Program-made: the position numbers and the translations under genes
Shown here: positions 20,051 through 28,848 of the stretch, one piece after another
How positions within the stretch are numbered: the first letter of the stretch is position 1
Layout of the letters: the number at the start of each line of letters is the position of its first letter
Assembly (NCBI GenBank): GCA_963764165.1
Contig: CAVXRD010000002.1
Span: forward strand, 2,080,001-2,144,000
Length of the DNA stretch: 64,000 nucleotides
Origin: an uncultured Verrucomicrobiae bacterium
Lineage (GTDB): Bacteria > Verrucomicrobiota > Verrucomicrobiia > Limisphaerales > Palsa-1400
Direction of reading: 5' to 3'
The notes under the pieces: model-generated
Databases searched by the model: none
What the model was told of the DNA's origin: nothing
What the model saw: the letters and a program-made list of their open reading frames with translations, nothing else

Positions 20051-20146
20051 AAACCCGCTACACCCGCTACATCGTTGATTATCAACCAGATAACCCGCTA
20101 CAAACCCGCTACAAACCCGCTACAAACCCGCTACAAACCCGCTACA
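20044..20146 (+). repeat. Iteron-like element copy A: 2x9-bp + 22-bp IHF-like core + 5x11-bp (CCCGCTACAAA)
   Basis: Perfect tandem repeats read directly; aligns without gaps to 58790-58882 (- strand). Confidence 0.85.
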
Positions 20147-20582
20147 TTTGTTCAGGCTGGAGCCAATTGAATGAAAGACGGTGCTTTCCATGGCATCAAG
20201 GCTTTCATCGCGGGAAGCGTTGGCAAATGGTTCATTCCAAAAAACCAAGGGTGCAATAAGGTGCAATAGCGTGCAACGCCCAGATCACGATTTATTCAGT
20301 TGCCCTTCCTGACAGCCCGTTAAAAAACAACTGCTCCCCTGGCGCGGGAATCCGCAAAAATATCAAAGAACACGCCCTGATGGCGACAGGGAGAAAAATA
20401 AGGCCGAGAATAATATTTGTCAATTAAGGATGTAATTGCACGCTTATGTGGTATTGCGGGACATGACAAACGAAACATCGATTGTTCAGGCGGGATCGGA
20501 AGCAAAACATCGACGGGGATGCGGAGCCAGGAGCCTTGCGGGCGGATGGTTGAGGAACCAATAATATTGGGGCGGCGACGCA

Positions 20583-22265
20583 GAGACTGTCTCAAAACGT
20601 TTTAGTCTGGCCGATCTGGTTATATGGGCACCAATAGGGGCTGTGGAAACGGGTGTCAACTTTTAGTTGTCAGAGCGTGGCTGGCGTCAGCGATGACGCC
20701 AAGCTTCCCTTTCCCTCCTTTTTTAGGCCGCCATCGCCAAATTTCCTTCAACCGCGGCGGTTTTGACTTCCATTTTCGGCGTCTGGACCCGGGCCTGCCA
20801 CTTTTTATAGAGGATTCGCAGGTTCAAGGTGGCGCATAACAAGGCCCATTGGGCTTGCACGGCTTCCAGACCCCAAACTGTCCAACGCCGAAAGCCGTCG
20901 TGTTGCTTGAGCTGCCCAAACCGGCGTTCGATGATCTCTTTGCGCTTTCCATAAAGCGCGGCGGGTCCTGGCTCTTGCAGCCGGGCCCGCATGGCTTGCA
21001 CCAGCGTGGTGTGCGGCCACACTTCGACTTGCCGCCCTTTGGGATCGCGGCTGCAGAGGGCGCGCACGGGACAGTCTCGGTGATGGCAGCGGAAGCGCTC
21101 AACGGTCTGGCCTTTCTTGGTGGTCTGGCCTTCGTGGTCCAGAAGGCGCTCTTGCGGGCAGGTGACGGTGTGGGCCGCCTCGTCATAATGAAAATGCTGC
21201 GTCGCGTAGGCGTTGTCGTGGGCTGGCTTGCCCTCCGCCGGCGGGGCCAGCACATTCATCTGCTGTTCCACGGCCGCTTTCAAGTCGGCCCCGCCCCCAT
21301 AGCCGGCGTCGGCGGCGGTGAGGGTTGGAATGGCCGCCGGACCGAGGTTTTGCCTCGCTTCTTCAATCATGGGGACCAGCTGGCCGGCGTCGGTTTCCTG
21401 GCGGGTGGCTTGACAGGCGACCATGATGCCCTCCTGGCTGTCGGCCACCGCCTGGGCGTTGTAGGCAAAGCGGTTGGTGTCGCCGACTTTCATCCGGCGC
21501 GCCTCCGGTTCGGCTGGATGGTAATGGTGGCGCCCGTCGGCCTGCAGCTGGGCCAGGCCTTTTTTGATTTCCTCGCGCAGGGCCTGGCGCTGGGCCAACC
21601 CGGCGGGCAGCCGGCAGCCCGGTGCGCTGGAATCCTGGTTCTCCGCCACGACTTTGAGCTCGATTTCCTCCAAGGCGCCATCCAGCTGGGCCAGGAGCTT
21701 CTCCATGTAAACCTTGCTCCAGCCCTGCGGCCCGCTGCAGGCGGCTTGAATCTTGGTGCCGTCCAACGCTTGCAAGGCAAATCCCACCGCCCCGGTGCGG
21801 AGGGCCAGCTGCACGGTTTGCTTGAAAACCTGGCGCAGGGCCTTTTTGTTTCCGTCCCAGAACCGCCAGAGGCTGTTGTGGTCGGGGGCGTTGAGCCCCG
21901 TCAGCCACAGCAGCGAGACATGCTCCGTGCAGGCGGTTTCCAGCTTGCGGGTGGAGCGAATGCGGTGGAAATAACCGTAAAGCCAAATCTTGAGCAGGAG
22001 GCTGGGGGCATAGGGCGGACGGCCTTCGGCGGCGGCGGGAATGACAAACCCAAGCTGGGGCAGATCCAACTGGTCGACAAATTCGCGCAGGAAGCGGGCG
22101 GGATGGTCGGCGGACACCCAGTCCTCCAGGGCGGGCGGGAGGAGGAACTGCTGTCCGTAATCAGGGGCAATCGGTTGAGCCATATTTGTTGAACGGCATT
22201 GTCAACTAAAGGCTCACATATTGTCAAATACATTCCTCAAAAAACAGAAGTTTTGAGACAATCTC
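20583..22265 (-). mobile_element. IS1182-family insertion sequence, copy 2 (1,683 bp)
   Basis: Same IRs as copy 1, 4-bp DR CGCA (20579-20582, 22266-22269), identical transposase protein. Confidence 0.92.
20723..22183 (-). CDS. IS1182-family DDE transposase
   Basis: Identical 486-aa translation to 5009..6469. Confidence 0.92.
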   Translation of the reverse strand: MAQPIAPDYGQQFLLPPALEDWVSADHPARFLREFVDQLDLPQLGFVIPAAAEGRPPYAPSLLLKIWLYGYFHRIRSTRKLETACTEHVSLLWLTGLNAPDHNSLWRFWDGNKKALRQVFKQTVQLALRTGAVGFALQALDGTKIQAACSGPQGWSKVYMEKLLAQLDGALEEIELKVVAENQDSSAPGCRLPAGLAQRQALREEIKKGLAQLQADGRHHYHPAEPEARRMKVGDTNRFAYNAQAVADSQEGIMVACQATRQETDAGQLVPMIEEARQNLGPAAIPTLTAADAGYGGGADLKAAVEQQMNVLAPPAEGKPAHDNAYATQHFHYDEAAHTVTCPQERLLDHEGQTTKKGQTVERFRCHHRDCPVRALCSRDPKGRQVEVWPHTTLVQAMRARLQEPGPAALYGKRKEIIERRFGQLKQHDGFRRWTVWGLEAVQAQWALLCATLNLRILYKKWQARVQTPKMEVKTAAVEGNLAMAA

Positions 22266-22405
22266 CGCAGCGCCGCCCTACTTCAATTTGGCAGGGCGGA
22301 CCTGCGTGTCCGCCCCAATATTCTCCCACTATCAATCTCGCGCCCCGCCGGTGGAAATGCGTTTTGGCGTTTGAGAAACGCCTCAATCAAGGCCAATGTG
22401 ATCGA

Positions 22406-22609
22406 GTGAAAATGATAAGCGGACATTATTGATGGCAAGGTTGTCGTCCTGGACGAACCAACGACTATGAAAGCCAACACGAAGGTCAAGATCGTCACCC
22501 CTACGGGGGACGATTCCTCCGCTTTAGCCGCTGATTGTGCCATTTTGTCGGAGCCCGTATTCGAAAAATATGGGACAACCCTCTCGATGCCGACTACGAC
22601 ACAATATAA
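22406..22609 (+). pseudogene. Frameshifted small antitoxin-like gene (DUF104/AF2212-like)
   Basis: Correcting two single-base indels gives MKMISGHYDGKVVVLDEP..MKANTKVKI...LSEPVFEKIWDNPLDADYDTI. No partner toxin follows. Confidence 0.55.
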
Positions 22610-22648
22610 TTGCGGCGCCATTTGCGTCGTGCGGCCTGCATCCTTGCA

Positions 22649-24356
22649 GTGCTATTTCGGAAAACTCTTCATTTTTGGCAAAGTTTTAGGCGGCGAGTTT
22701 GGTCAATTTGTCCACGTCCGCTTTGCGGGCGGTCAAGAGCGCAGTAATGGTGGTGCGCCCTTTCTCGGTGACAACATAGCGGTGGGTGCCGCTGACTTTG
22801 GCGATCAAGCCATGCGCTCGCAGGAGCCGCAGTCGGCGTCCAATCCAGCCCATTCTGCGTTTGAGTTCGCGGTCATCGCACCGGCTGGGAAAATAGGCCT
22901 GCCGAATGTCTCGACTGCGAAAGCCGTTGAGGGCGTACTCTCCCTGGCTGACCATTTCCAAAAGGCGTCCGTCCTCCGGGGCCCAAGGATTGAGGGCGCG
23001 GTAGCGCCGCCCCGCCTGCCGCAGGGGCTTGCAGCATTTTTCAACCCATTGGAACAGCGGCACCGTTCCGCTGACGGATCCCAACGCCTGCAAATAACGT
23101 TCATTGGCCCGGTGAGAGATTTCTTTGCGCCGTTTCAGGTCGGCCAGCCCCCGGCGCAATGTCAGCCAGCGTTTGGCCTCCTTGGGCCGGCCTTCCGGTT
23201 TGCGATAAACTTTAAATTCCTCCGGGTGCGTCACCGTCGTTTCGATCCGCAAAACCGAGCCCTGCTTGTCGTAAAATTTGATCGAGTTGCCGTTAAGACT
23301 GTGCTTGACCCGCACGCCCTCCGGCCGCCGTTTGGTGTCGCTGGTGATTTCGCCCTCAAACTGGCCGTACACCCTGCCCGTGCTGATGGGAACGTATCGG
23401 CCCAAAAACCTCATCACGTCCGCGCTGGAAAAGGAACTGATGGCATGGTGAACCAGGCTGGGATAAAGCCGGGCCAGGCTCTCGGGCTCCTTGAAAATGA
23501 CATCGGTGGCATATTCGGTGTCCGAAGCGCTCCAATAGTATTTGAGGTTCAGCGGCTGGCAAATCGACCGGTGCAGGGGATGAACCTCATTGAGCAGCCG
23601 GCCCAGCTCCTTGGGCCAGTCAGTTTGCAGTTGCTGGTCCAGCAGGCCTTGAGCGCGCCCCATATCGGCCACCCGCAAAAAGGTGTTCTCCTTCTTTTGA
23701 TAGGCAATGCCTGCCTGATCCAACTGCTTTCCCAGCCAATGCCGGCCATTGAGGCAGATATTAATCTGGAAGGGAAACCAGGTTTGCAGGCGCAGGTGCA
23801 TGAAGCCAAACTTGGAATGCTCGAAATAGAAATAAAGATGGCTGCACTTGCGCTGCTGAACCTTCACCTCAATGTGTTTGGTTTGGGGGTTTCCGACGAC
23901 TTGAAAGGACATGCAGGGTTCCGTGCAATTGAGAATGGCGATCAGTCCCTCGGTGATTTTATCGCGGGCGGCAATCTTGCGCGCCACCTCCTCCTTGCTG
24001 GTTTGGCTGGAGGGGACGAAAAGAAAAGGCCGCCCGGCTGTTTGTGCCAGGGCCCTGGCTTTGTCTTTGACCGCTTTGGTGGTCCGTTCGACCAACTGGC
24101 TGAAATCCTTGATCAGAATGTGGCAGGCGTTCAAGTAGGCCTCCATCACCTGGGGGCCGTACAACTGGCGCAGCGTCCCGCGCAATCGCAGGCGATCAAA
24201 GCCCGAAAGAACTCCTAGAATTGAGGAAGCATGTTTGTGTACAAAAGAGTTGGAAGCGCCGTCATGGGTAAGCGGTTTGTTTTGCATACATCCAATCTTA
24301 CCCAGACCGGACGGCGCTTTCCTCTTATTTTTGGTTGCGGCTTTGCCGCGCTGTGC
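22649..24356 (-). mobile_element. Candidate unclassified single-ORF mobile element (~1.7 kb)
   Basis: GCAC at both junctions (24353-24356, 22649-22652), GCGGC-AAA-GCCGC hairpin at the 5' end, no terminal IRs, ORF fills the element. Confidence 0.6.
22686..24287 (-). CDS. Putative transposase/nickase with Rep_trans-like motifs and C-terminal winged helix (533 aa)
   Basis: GVLSGFDRLR.RG, LYFY....FG.MHLRLQTWFPF, SIKFYDKQGSVLRIETT, C-terminal LRLLRAHGLIAKV..THRY.VT..G. No DDE or HUH motif seen. Confidence 0.65.
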   Translation of the reverse strand: MQNKPLTHDGASNSFVHKHASSILGVLSGFDRLRLRGTLRQLYGPQVMEAYLNACHILIKDFSQLVERTTKAVKDKARALAQTAGRPFLFVPSSQTSKEEVARKIAARDKITEGLIAILNCTEPCMSFQVVGNPQTKHIEVKVQQRKCSHLYFYFEHSKFGFMHLRLQTWFPFQINICLNGRHWLGKQLDQAGIAYQKKENTFLRVADMGRAQGLLDQQLQTDWPKELGRLLNEVHPLHRSICQPLNLKYYWSASDTEYATDVIFKEPESLARLYPSLVHHAISSFSSADVMRFLGRYVPISTGRVYGQFEGEITSDTKRRPEGVRVKHSLNGNSIKFYDKQGSVLRIETTVTHPEEFKVYRKPEGRPKEAKRWLTLRRGLADLKRRKEISHRANERYLQALGSVSGTVPLFQWVEKCCKPLRQAGRRYRALNPWAPEDGRLLEMVSQGEYALNGFRSRDIRQAYFPSRCDDRELKRRMGWIGRRLRLLRAHGLIAKVSGTHRYVVTEKGRTTITALLTARKADVDKLTKLAA

Positions 24357-24669
24357 CTCTGCGCCTCCGCGCCCTTGCGTTAAAATGCCCCTGCGGCGGT
24401 GACCGAAAACGAAAACAGAACGGGACATGAACGCCAAGACGCCGAGGCCCAAAGGCGTAAAGATTTTGCCGATTCGTTCACATTCCTCGTCTTGTCCATG
24501 GCGAACAATGTGTGATTACCTTGGTTTGACACTTTCTGTTCTCCGGTGCGCAGTTGTGTTTGCTTTCATTGTTGTTGGGGGACAATTGTTGATTTTGCGA
24601 CTTTATGTCGTCATCGGTAAATAGGATTAATGGTGTTGGTTGTAAATCTTTCGAAATGGGCAAAGCTTT

Positions 24670-26016
24670 CTACGCTCTCGAAAGCGCCGCATCCAAAACA
24701 TCCAATAGAAATTGCGCGTCGGCTTGATTGATAATCATTGGTGGGGCCATGCGGATGGTTTGGCCCCACAAACCGCCTTTGCCTAGCAGCAATCCAAGGT
24801 CGCGGCAGGTTTCGACGACTTGGGCGCATTCGGCTTTGGCGGGTTCCTTGGTCGCGCGGTCTTTGACCAATTCCATTCCCAGCAGCAGGCCTTTGCCGCG
24901 GACATCGCCGATGATGTTGTGCTTGGCTTTTAGCTTTTCCATACCCGCCAAGATGAAGCTGCCGATGTATTGCGAATTGGCCTGCAAGTTCTCGCGTTCG
25001 ATGACTTCCAGGACGGCTTTGCCCTGGGCGGAGACGACGGGGTTGCCGCCGAAGGTGTTAAAGTGGATGCGCTGCGTCAGGGTCGCGGCGATTTGCGGGG
25101 TGGTGACGACCGCCGCCAAGGGGCAGCCGTTGCCGATGCCTTTGGCCATCGTGACGATGTCGGGGATGACGCCCTGCGTCTCAAATCCCCAGAAATGCGA
25201 GCCGGTGCGGCCGAAACCGGCCTGCACTTCGTCCGCGATGCACACGCCGCCCGCGGCGCGGACGTGCTCGTAGGCGTGCTTCAAATAACCGTCGGGAAAC
25301 ACGATGCAGCCGCCGACGCCCTGGATCGATTCCGCGATGAATCCAGCCACGCGACCGGAAGTGGCGTAGTCAATAACACTTTTCACATCCGCCGCGTAAT
25401 TTTTCCCGGCCTCGGGATCGTTGCGGCCCCAATGGCCGCGAAACGGATCGGGCGCGATGGCGTGATGCACGCCGAAGCTGTGCGGCACGTTGAACTTCCA
25501 GGTGCTGTGGGCCGTCAGGCCCATCGCGGATTGATTGCCGCCGTGGTAACAATTGCGGAGCGCGACGAGATCGTAATTTCCTGTGTAAGCGCGCGCCATC
25601 AGGATGGCCAAATCGGTCGCTTCGGAACCGGAATTCACGAAGTAGCAAATCTTCAGATCGCCCGGCATTTTCGAGGCGAGCTTGGCGGCGTATTCGCCGA
25701 CGTTGGGATTGAGATAAATCGTGGTGGAATGCTGGAGAAGCTCGTTCTGTTTGCGCGCCGCTTCGACCACATGCGGGTGGCAATGGCCGACGCTCACCGT
25801 GACGATGCCGCCCAGCCCATCCAGATATCGCCGCCCTTTTTCATCGAAGAGATACTGCCCTTTGCCTTCGACGAGCATCATTGGCTTTTTGTAATAGAGG
25901 AAAAGGCCGGGATTGAGAAATTCGCGGCGCAGTTTCAAAACTTCATCCGCGGACGGGCCGGTGTAGGGCTTCGGCTGGTAGTCGAACTTGGGCAGAACTG
26001 GATTATTCATAGTCAC
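24670..26016 (-). CDS. Class-III PLP aminotransferase, AGXT2 / beta-alanine-pyruvate aminotransferase-like
   Basis: YLDG.GGIVTVSVGHCHP, FVNSGSEA, ESIQGVGG, DEVQAGFGRTG, TMAKGIGNG, HFNTFGGNP. Confidence 0.9.
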   Translation of the reverse strand: MTMNNPVLPKFDYQPKPYTGPSADEVLKLRREFLNPGLFLYYKKPMMLVEGKGQYLFDEKGRRYLDGLGGIVTVSVGHCHPHVVEAARKQNELLQHSTTIYLNPNVGEYAAKLASKMPGDLKICYFVNSGSEATDLAILMARAYTGNYDLVALRNCYHGGNQSAMGLTAHSTWKFNVPHSFGVHHAIAPDPFRGHWGRNDPEAGKNYAADVKSVIDYATSGRVAGFIAESIQGVGGCIVFPDGYLKHAYEHVRAAGGVCIADEVQAGFGRTGSHFWGFETQGVIPDIVTMAKGIGNGCPLAAVVTTPQIAATLTQRIHFNTFGGNPVVSAQGKAVLEVIERENLQANSQYIGSFILAGMEKLKAKHNIIGDVRGKGLLLGMELVKDRATKEPAKAECAQVVETCRDLGLLLGKGGLWGQTIRMAPPMIINQADAQFLLDVLDAALSRA

Positions 26017-27521
26017 TATTTAATTTTCAGCAGGCGCGCCAGGAGATACACCACGAATGCCACGGCAAAGCCCACAAACCAAGCGTAATTATAGATCGAC
26101 ATGAAGATTGGCGCGACTTTTTCCGGTGCGATCACGTGAATGGTCGCAAGGAAACCGGGAATGTTTGGCAGAACCGCCAGCGTCAGCGCCGCCAATCCCG
26201 CCAGGCTGAACCCGCCCGATTGATGATATTCGCCATCCGGTTGGTAAAGAGCCGCCACGTCCAGCGTCCGATGGCGATAAACGAAATAGTCCGCGATCAA
26301 AATTCCGCCAATCGGCCCCAGCAGCGCGCTGTAGCCAATCAGCCAGGTGAAAATGTAACCGGTCGGGTCCGCCACCAGCCGCCACGGCATCATCACAATG
26401 CCGATGATTCCCGTGATAAAGCCCGCCATGCGAAACGAAATTCTCTTTGGCGCGAGATGGGCAAAATCGTTGGCCGGGCTGACGACGTTTGCCGCAATGT
26501 TCGTTGCCAGGGTCGCGATGCATAGCGAGAGCATCGCCAGGACCAGCACGGCGGGATTTTTGAAGCGCGTCAAAACATCCGTCGGATCCCAAATGGCTTT
26601 GCCGTAAATAATTGTCGTCGCGGAGGTCACGGCCACGCCGATGAATGAATAAAGCGCCATCGTTGGCGGCAGCCCGACCGCCTGGCCGATGATTTGGTCC
26701 TTTTGCGATTTGGCGTAGCGCGAGAAATCTGGGATGTTCAGGGAAAGCGTCGCCCAAAATCCGATCATTCCGGTCAGTGCGGCTGGAAAATAACTCCAGA
26801 ATTTTCCGGCCTTGGGCTGGCCCGGCTCGAAGGCGGACGGCTGCGACAGGATTGGTCCCAGCCCGTGCGCTTCTTTGCACGCCCAAGCCAGCAGGGCGAG
26901 CCCAAGCGCAATGAGCAGCGGGGCCTTGATGTTCAGCAGCACGCGAATCGAATCGATGCCCTTGTAAATAACAAACATATTGACAGACCAGAACGCCATG
27001 AAGCAGAGAAATTGCGGCAGCGTGACTCCCAGCCACGCCGCGTGCGGCCCGCCCAGCGCTGGGAAAAAGACGGCGAGAATTTTGTGGATGGCCTCGCCGC
27101 CAATCCACGTTTGAATGCCGAACCACCCGCACGCCACCAGCGCGCGCAGCATCGCTGGGACATTGGCGCCGAGCGGCCCGAACGACGGGCGGCAATAAAC
27201 AGGGAACGGGATGCCGTATTTTGTCCCCGCGTGGGCGTTGAGTATCATCGGAATGAGCACGATGAGATTGGCGAGAAAGATCGTCAGCACCGCCTCCCAC
27301 CAATTCATCCCGCCGTCGATCAGCGATGATGCAATCATGTAAGTGGGAATGCATGCCGACATGGAAATCCATAGCGCGGCGAAGTTCCACCAGCGCCATT
27401 TGCGCTGTTCGGGCCGTGTGGGGGCGAGATCGTCGTTGAAAAGCGGGCTGCTGGCCAGCGATTCACGTTGTCCGTCAGTGAGCAAGGTGGCACTCATCCG
27501 GCGCGAGAGCGTAACGGACAC
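26016..27521 (-). CDS. NCS1-family nucleobase:cation symporter
   Basis: NDDLAP, GTKYGIPFPV..R.SFG, WATLSLNIPDFSRYA, NIAANVVSPANDF; about 12 TM segments. Confidence 0.92.
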   Translation of the reverse strand: MSVTLSRRMSATLLTDGQRESLASSPLFNDDLAPTRPEQRKWRWWNFAALWISMSACIPTYMIASSLIDGGMNWWEAVLTIFLANLIVLIPMILNAHAGTKYGIPFPVYCRPSFGPLGANVPAMLRALVACGWFGIQTWIGGEAIHKILAVFFPALGGPHAAWLGVTLPQFLCFMAFWSVNMFVIYKGIDSIRVLLNIKAPLLIALGLALLAWACKEAHGLGPILSQPSAFEPGQPKAGKFWSYFPAALTGMIGFWATLSLNIPDFSRYAKSQKDQIIGQAVGLPPTMALYSFIGVAVTSATTIIYGKAIWDPTDVLTRFKNPAVLVLAMLSLCIATLATNIAANVVSPANDFAHLAPKRISFRMAGFITGIIGIVMMPWRLVADPTGYIFTWLIGYSALLGPIGGILIADYFVYRHRTLDVAALYQPDGEYHQSGGFSLAGLAALTLAVLPNIPGFLATIHVIAPEKVAPIFMSIYNYAWFVGFAVAFVVYLLARLLKIK

Positions 27522-27604
27522 GGCCTGTGGTTTACAATAGGAAACGCAGGAAGAGACGCCTCGCGGGTGTGATTAGAAGTGGGTGATGCGCACACGCGTT
27601 TAAA

Positions 27605-27705
27605 GGAACGCGGCTGTGTCGAAGACCAGCCGCTGCAACGTGGAACTGACCGGCGCGCACGGCGCTGCGACGCGCTGCGGCTGGTCTTCGACACTGCCGC
27701 GCTCC
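27605..27705. repeat. REP-like inverted-repeat element
   Basis: GGAACGCGGCTGTGTCGAAGACCAGCCGC / GCGGCTGGTCTTCGACACTGCCGCGCTCC. Confidence 0.7.
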
Positions 27706-27717
27706 GCGTGCTCTCGA

Positions 27718-28848
27718 TCATCGACACCCGGCATCGCGCATCACGCGCAAAATATTTTCTCCCGCCACCTTCTTCAAATCGCCGTCGCTGTAACCGCGCG
27801 TTTGCAATTCTTCCAGCAGCGCGGGGAAACACGAAACGTCTTCAAGTCCCAATGGCGGCGGATTCTTGAATCCGTCGAAATCCGAGCCGATTCCAACGTG
27901 ATCCATTCCCATCACCTCGCGCATGTGGTCGATGTGATCCGCCACGTCTTTCAACGTGGGCCGCGGAAATTCCGGCTGCGCCCGCTGCCATTCGGCCAGC
28001 GCGGCGGATTGGCGCGCAGTGTCGCCAGGATAAAGTTTCGCCAAGCGTGATTCCTCCGCGCCTGTCGCTTCGCCCGCGAGGCGCGCTGATTCGGTTACAT
28101 ACTCCGGCAGAAAAACCGCCATCACGATGCCGCCGCTTTTGGCGATGCCTTTGAGCAACTCATCCGGCACGTTGCGCGGATGGTTGCAAATCGCGCGAGC
28201 GCCGGAGTGCGAACAAATCACCGGCGACGCGCTCACGCGCAGCGCGGCCGCGACGGTTTCGTCGGACGTGTGCGAGAGATCGACCATCATGCCGAGGCGG
28301 TTCATCTCCTTCACCACTTGCTCGCCGAATGCGGTCAGGCCGTGATGCGCTGGCTTGTCGGTGCTGGCGTCCGCCCACTCGTTATTCTTGACGTGCGTCA
28401 GCGTCATATAGCGCGCTCCCAGCGCGTGGCAAATCCGCAGCACTCCCAGCGATGCGCCAATTCCATGCCCGCCTTCCATTCCGATGAGCGAGGCCAGTTT
28501 CCCTTTCGCGTGAATTCGCAGGACGTCGTCCGCACTCAGCGCGAGTTCCGTTTCATTGGAATGGCGCGCAACGAATTGACGAATGCAATCCATCTGCTCC
28601 ATCAACACTGCCACCGCTGGCGGGCCTGAAAGAGTGAACGGAACATAGGCGGCCCAAAATTGCGCGCCGACGCCTCCGATTTTCAGCCGCTTCAAATCCG
28701 TGGCCAGCGGCGGTGAAAATCGCGTGGTGTCCGCCGCCCAATCCATCGCGTCAAATCCCTCTTTTGACAGCTTGCGAAATTGGTAGGGCAGATCGTTGTG
28801 GCCGTCGACCAGCGGCACGGATTTGAGAATGGCGCCGATGGCGCTCAT
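27718..28848 (-). CDS. Membrane dipeptidase family (peptidase M19)
   Basis: [47 protein letters not shown]. Confidence 0.92.
   Translation of the reverse strand: MSAIGAILKSVPLVDGHNDLPYQFRKLSKEGFDAMDWAADTTRFSPPLATDLKRLKIGGVGAQFWAAYVPFTLSGPPAVAVLMEQMDCIRQFVARHSNETELALSADDVLRIHAKGKLASLIGMEGGHGIGASLGVLRICHALGARYMTLTHVKNNEWADASTDKPAHHGLTAFGEQVVKEMNRLGMMVDLSHTSDETVAAALRVSASPVICSHSGARAICNHPRNVPDELLKGIAKSGGIVMAVFLPEYVTESARLAGEATGAEESRLAKLYPGDTARQSAALAEWQRAQPEFPRPTLKDVADHIDHMREVMGMDHVGIGSDFDGFKNPPPLGLEDVSCFPALLEELQTRGYSDGDLKKVAGENILRVMRDAGCR

Larger units (their letters stand above)
20563..22322. repeat. Back-to-back pair of GTAG/GCAG REP hairpins, the left one split by IS copy 2
   Basis: Empty site on the - strand GTAGGGCGGCGCTGCGTCGCCGCCCCAATATT vs GCAGGGCGGACCTGCGTGTCCGCCCCAATATT at 22291-22322. 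Confidence 0.8.

Noticed and set aside
20044..20146. CRISPR array
   Set aside because: The units are 9-11 bp and contiguous with no unique spacers, and there are no cas genes in the window.
4927..22265. Composite transposon or IS-mediated inversion of the 14 kb between the two inverted IS copies
   Set aside because: Each copy has its own matching DR and restores its own REP, so these are independent insertions with no exchange of flanks.
24288..24452. N-terminal extension of the 588-aa ORF
   Set aside because: It crosses the inferred element boundary into repeat DNA; ATG 24287 is the more plausible start.
24546..24585. Similarity to 22460-22482 (ATGAAAGC.AACAC) as long inverted ends of the candidate element
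   Set aside because: The match is short and patchy, and the left copy is explained by the antitoxin pseudogene; probably chance.
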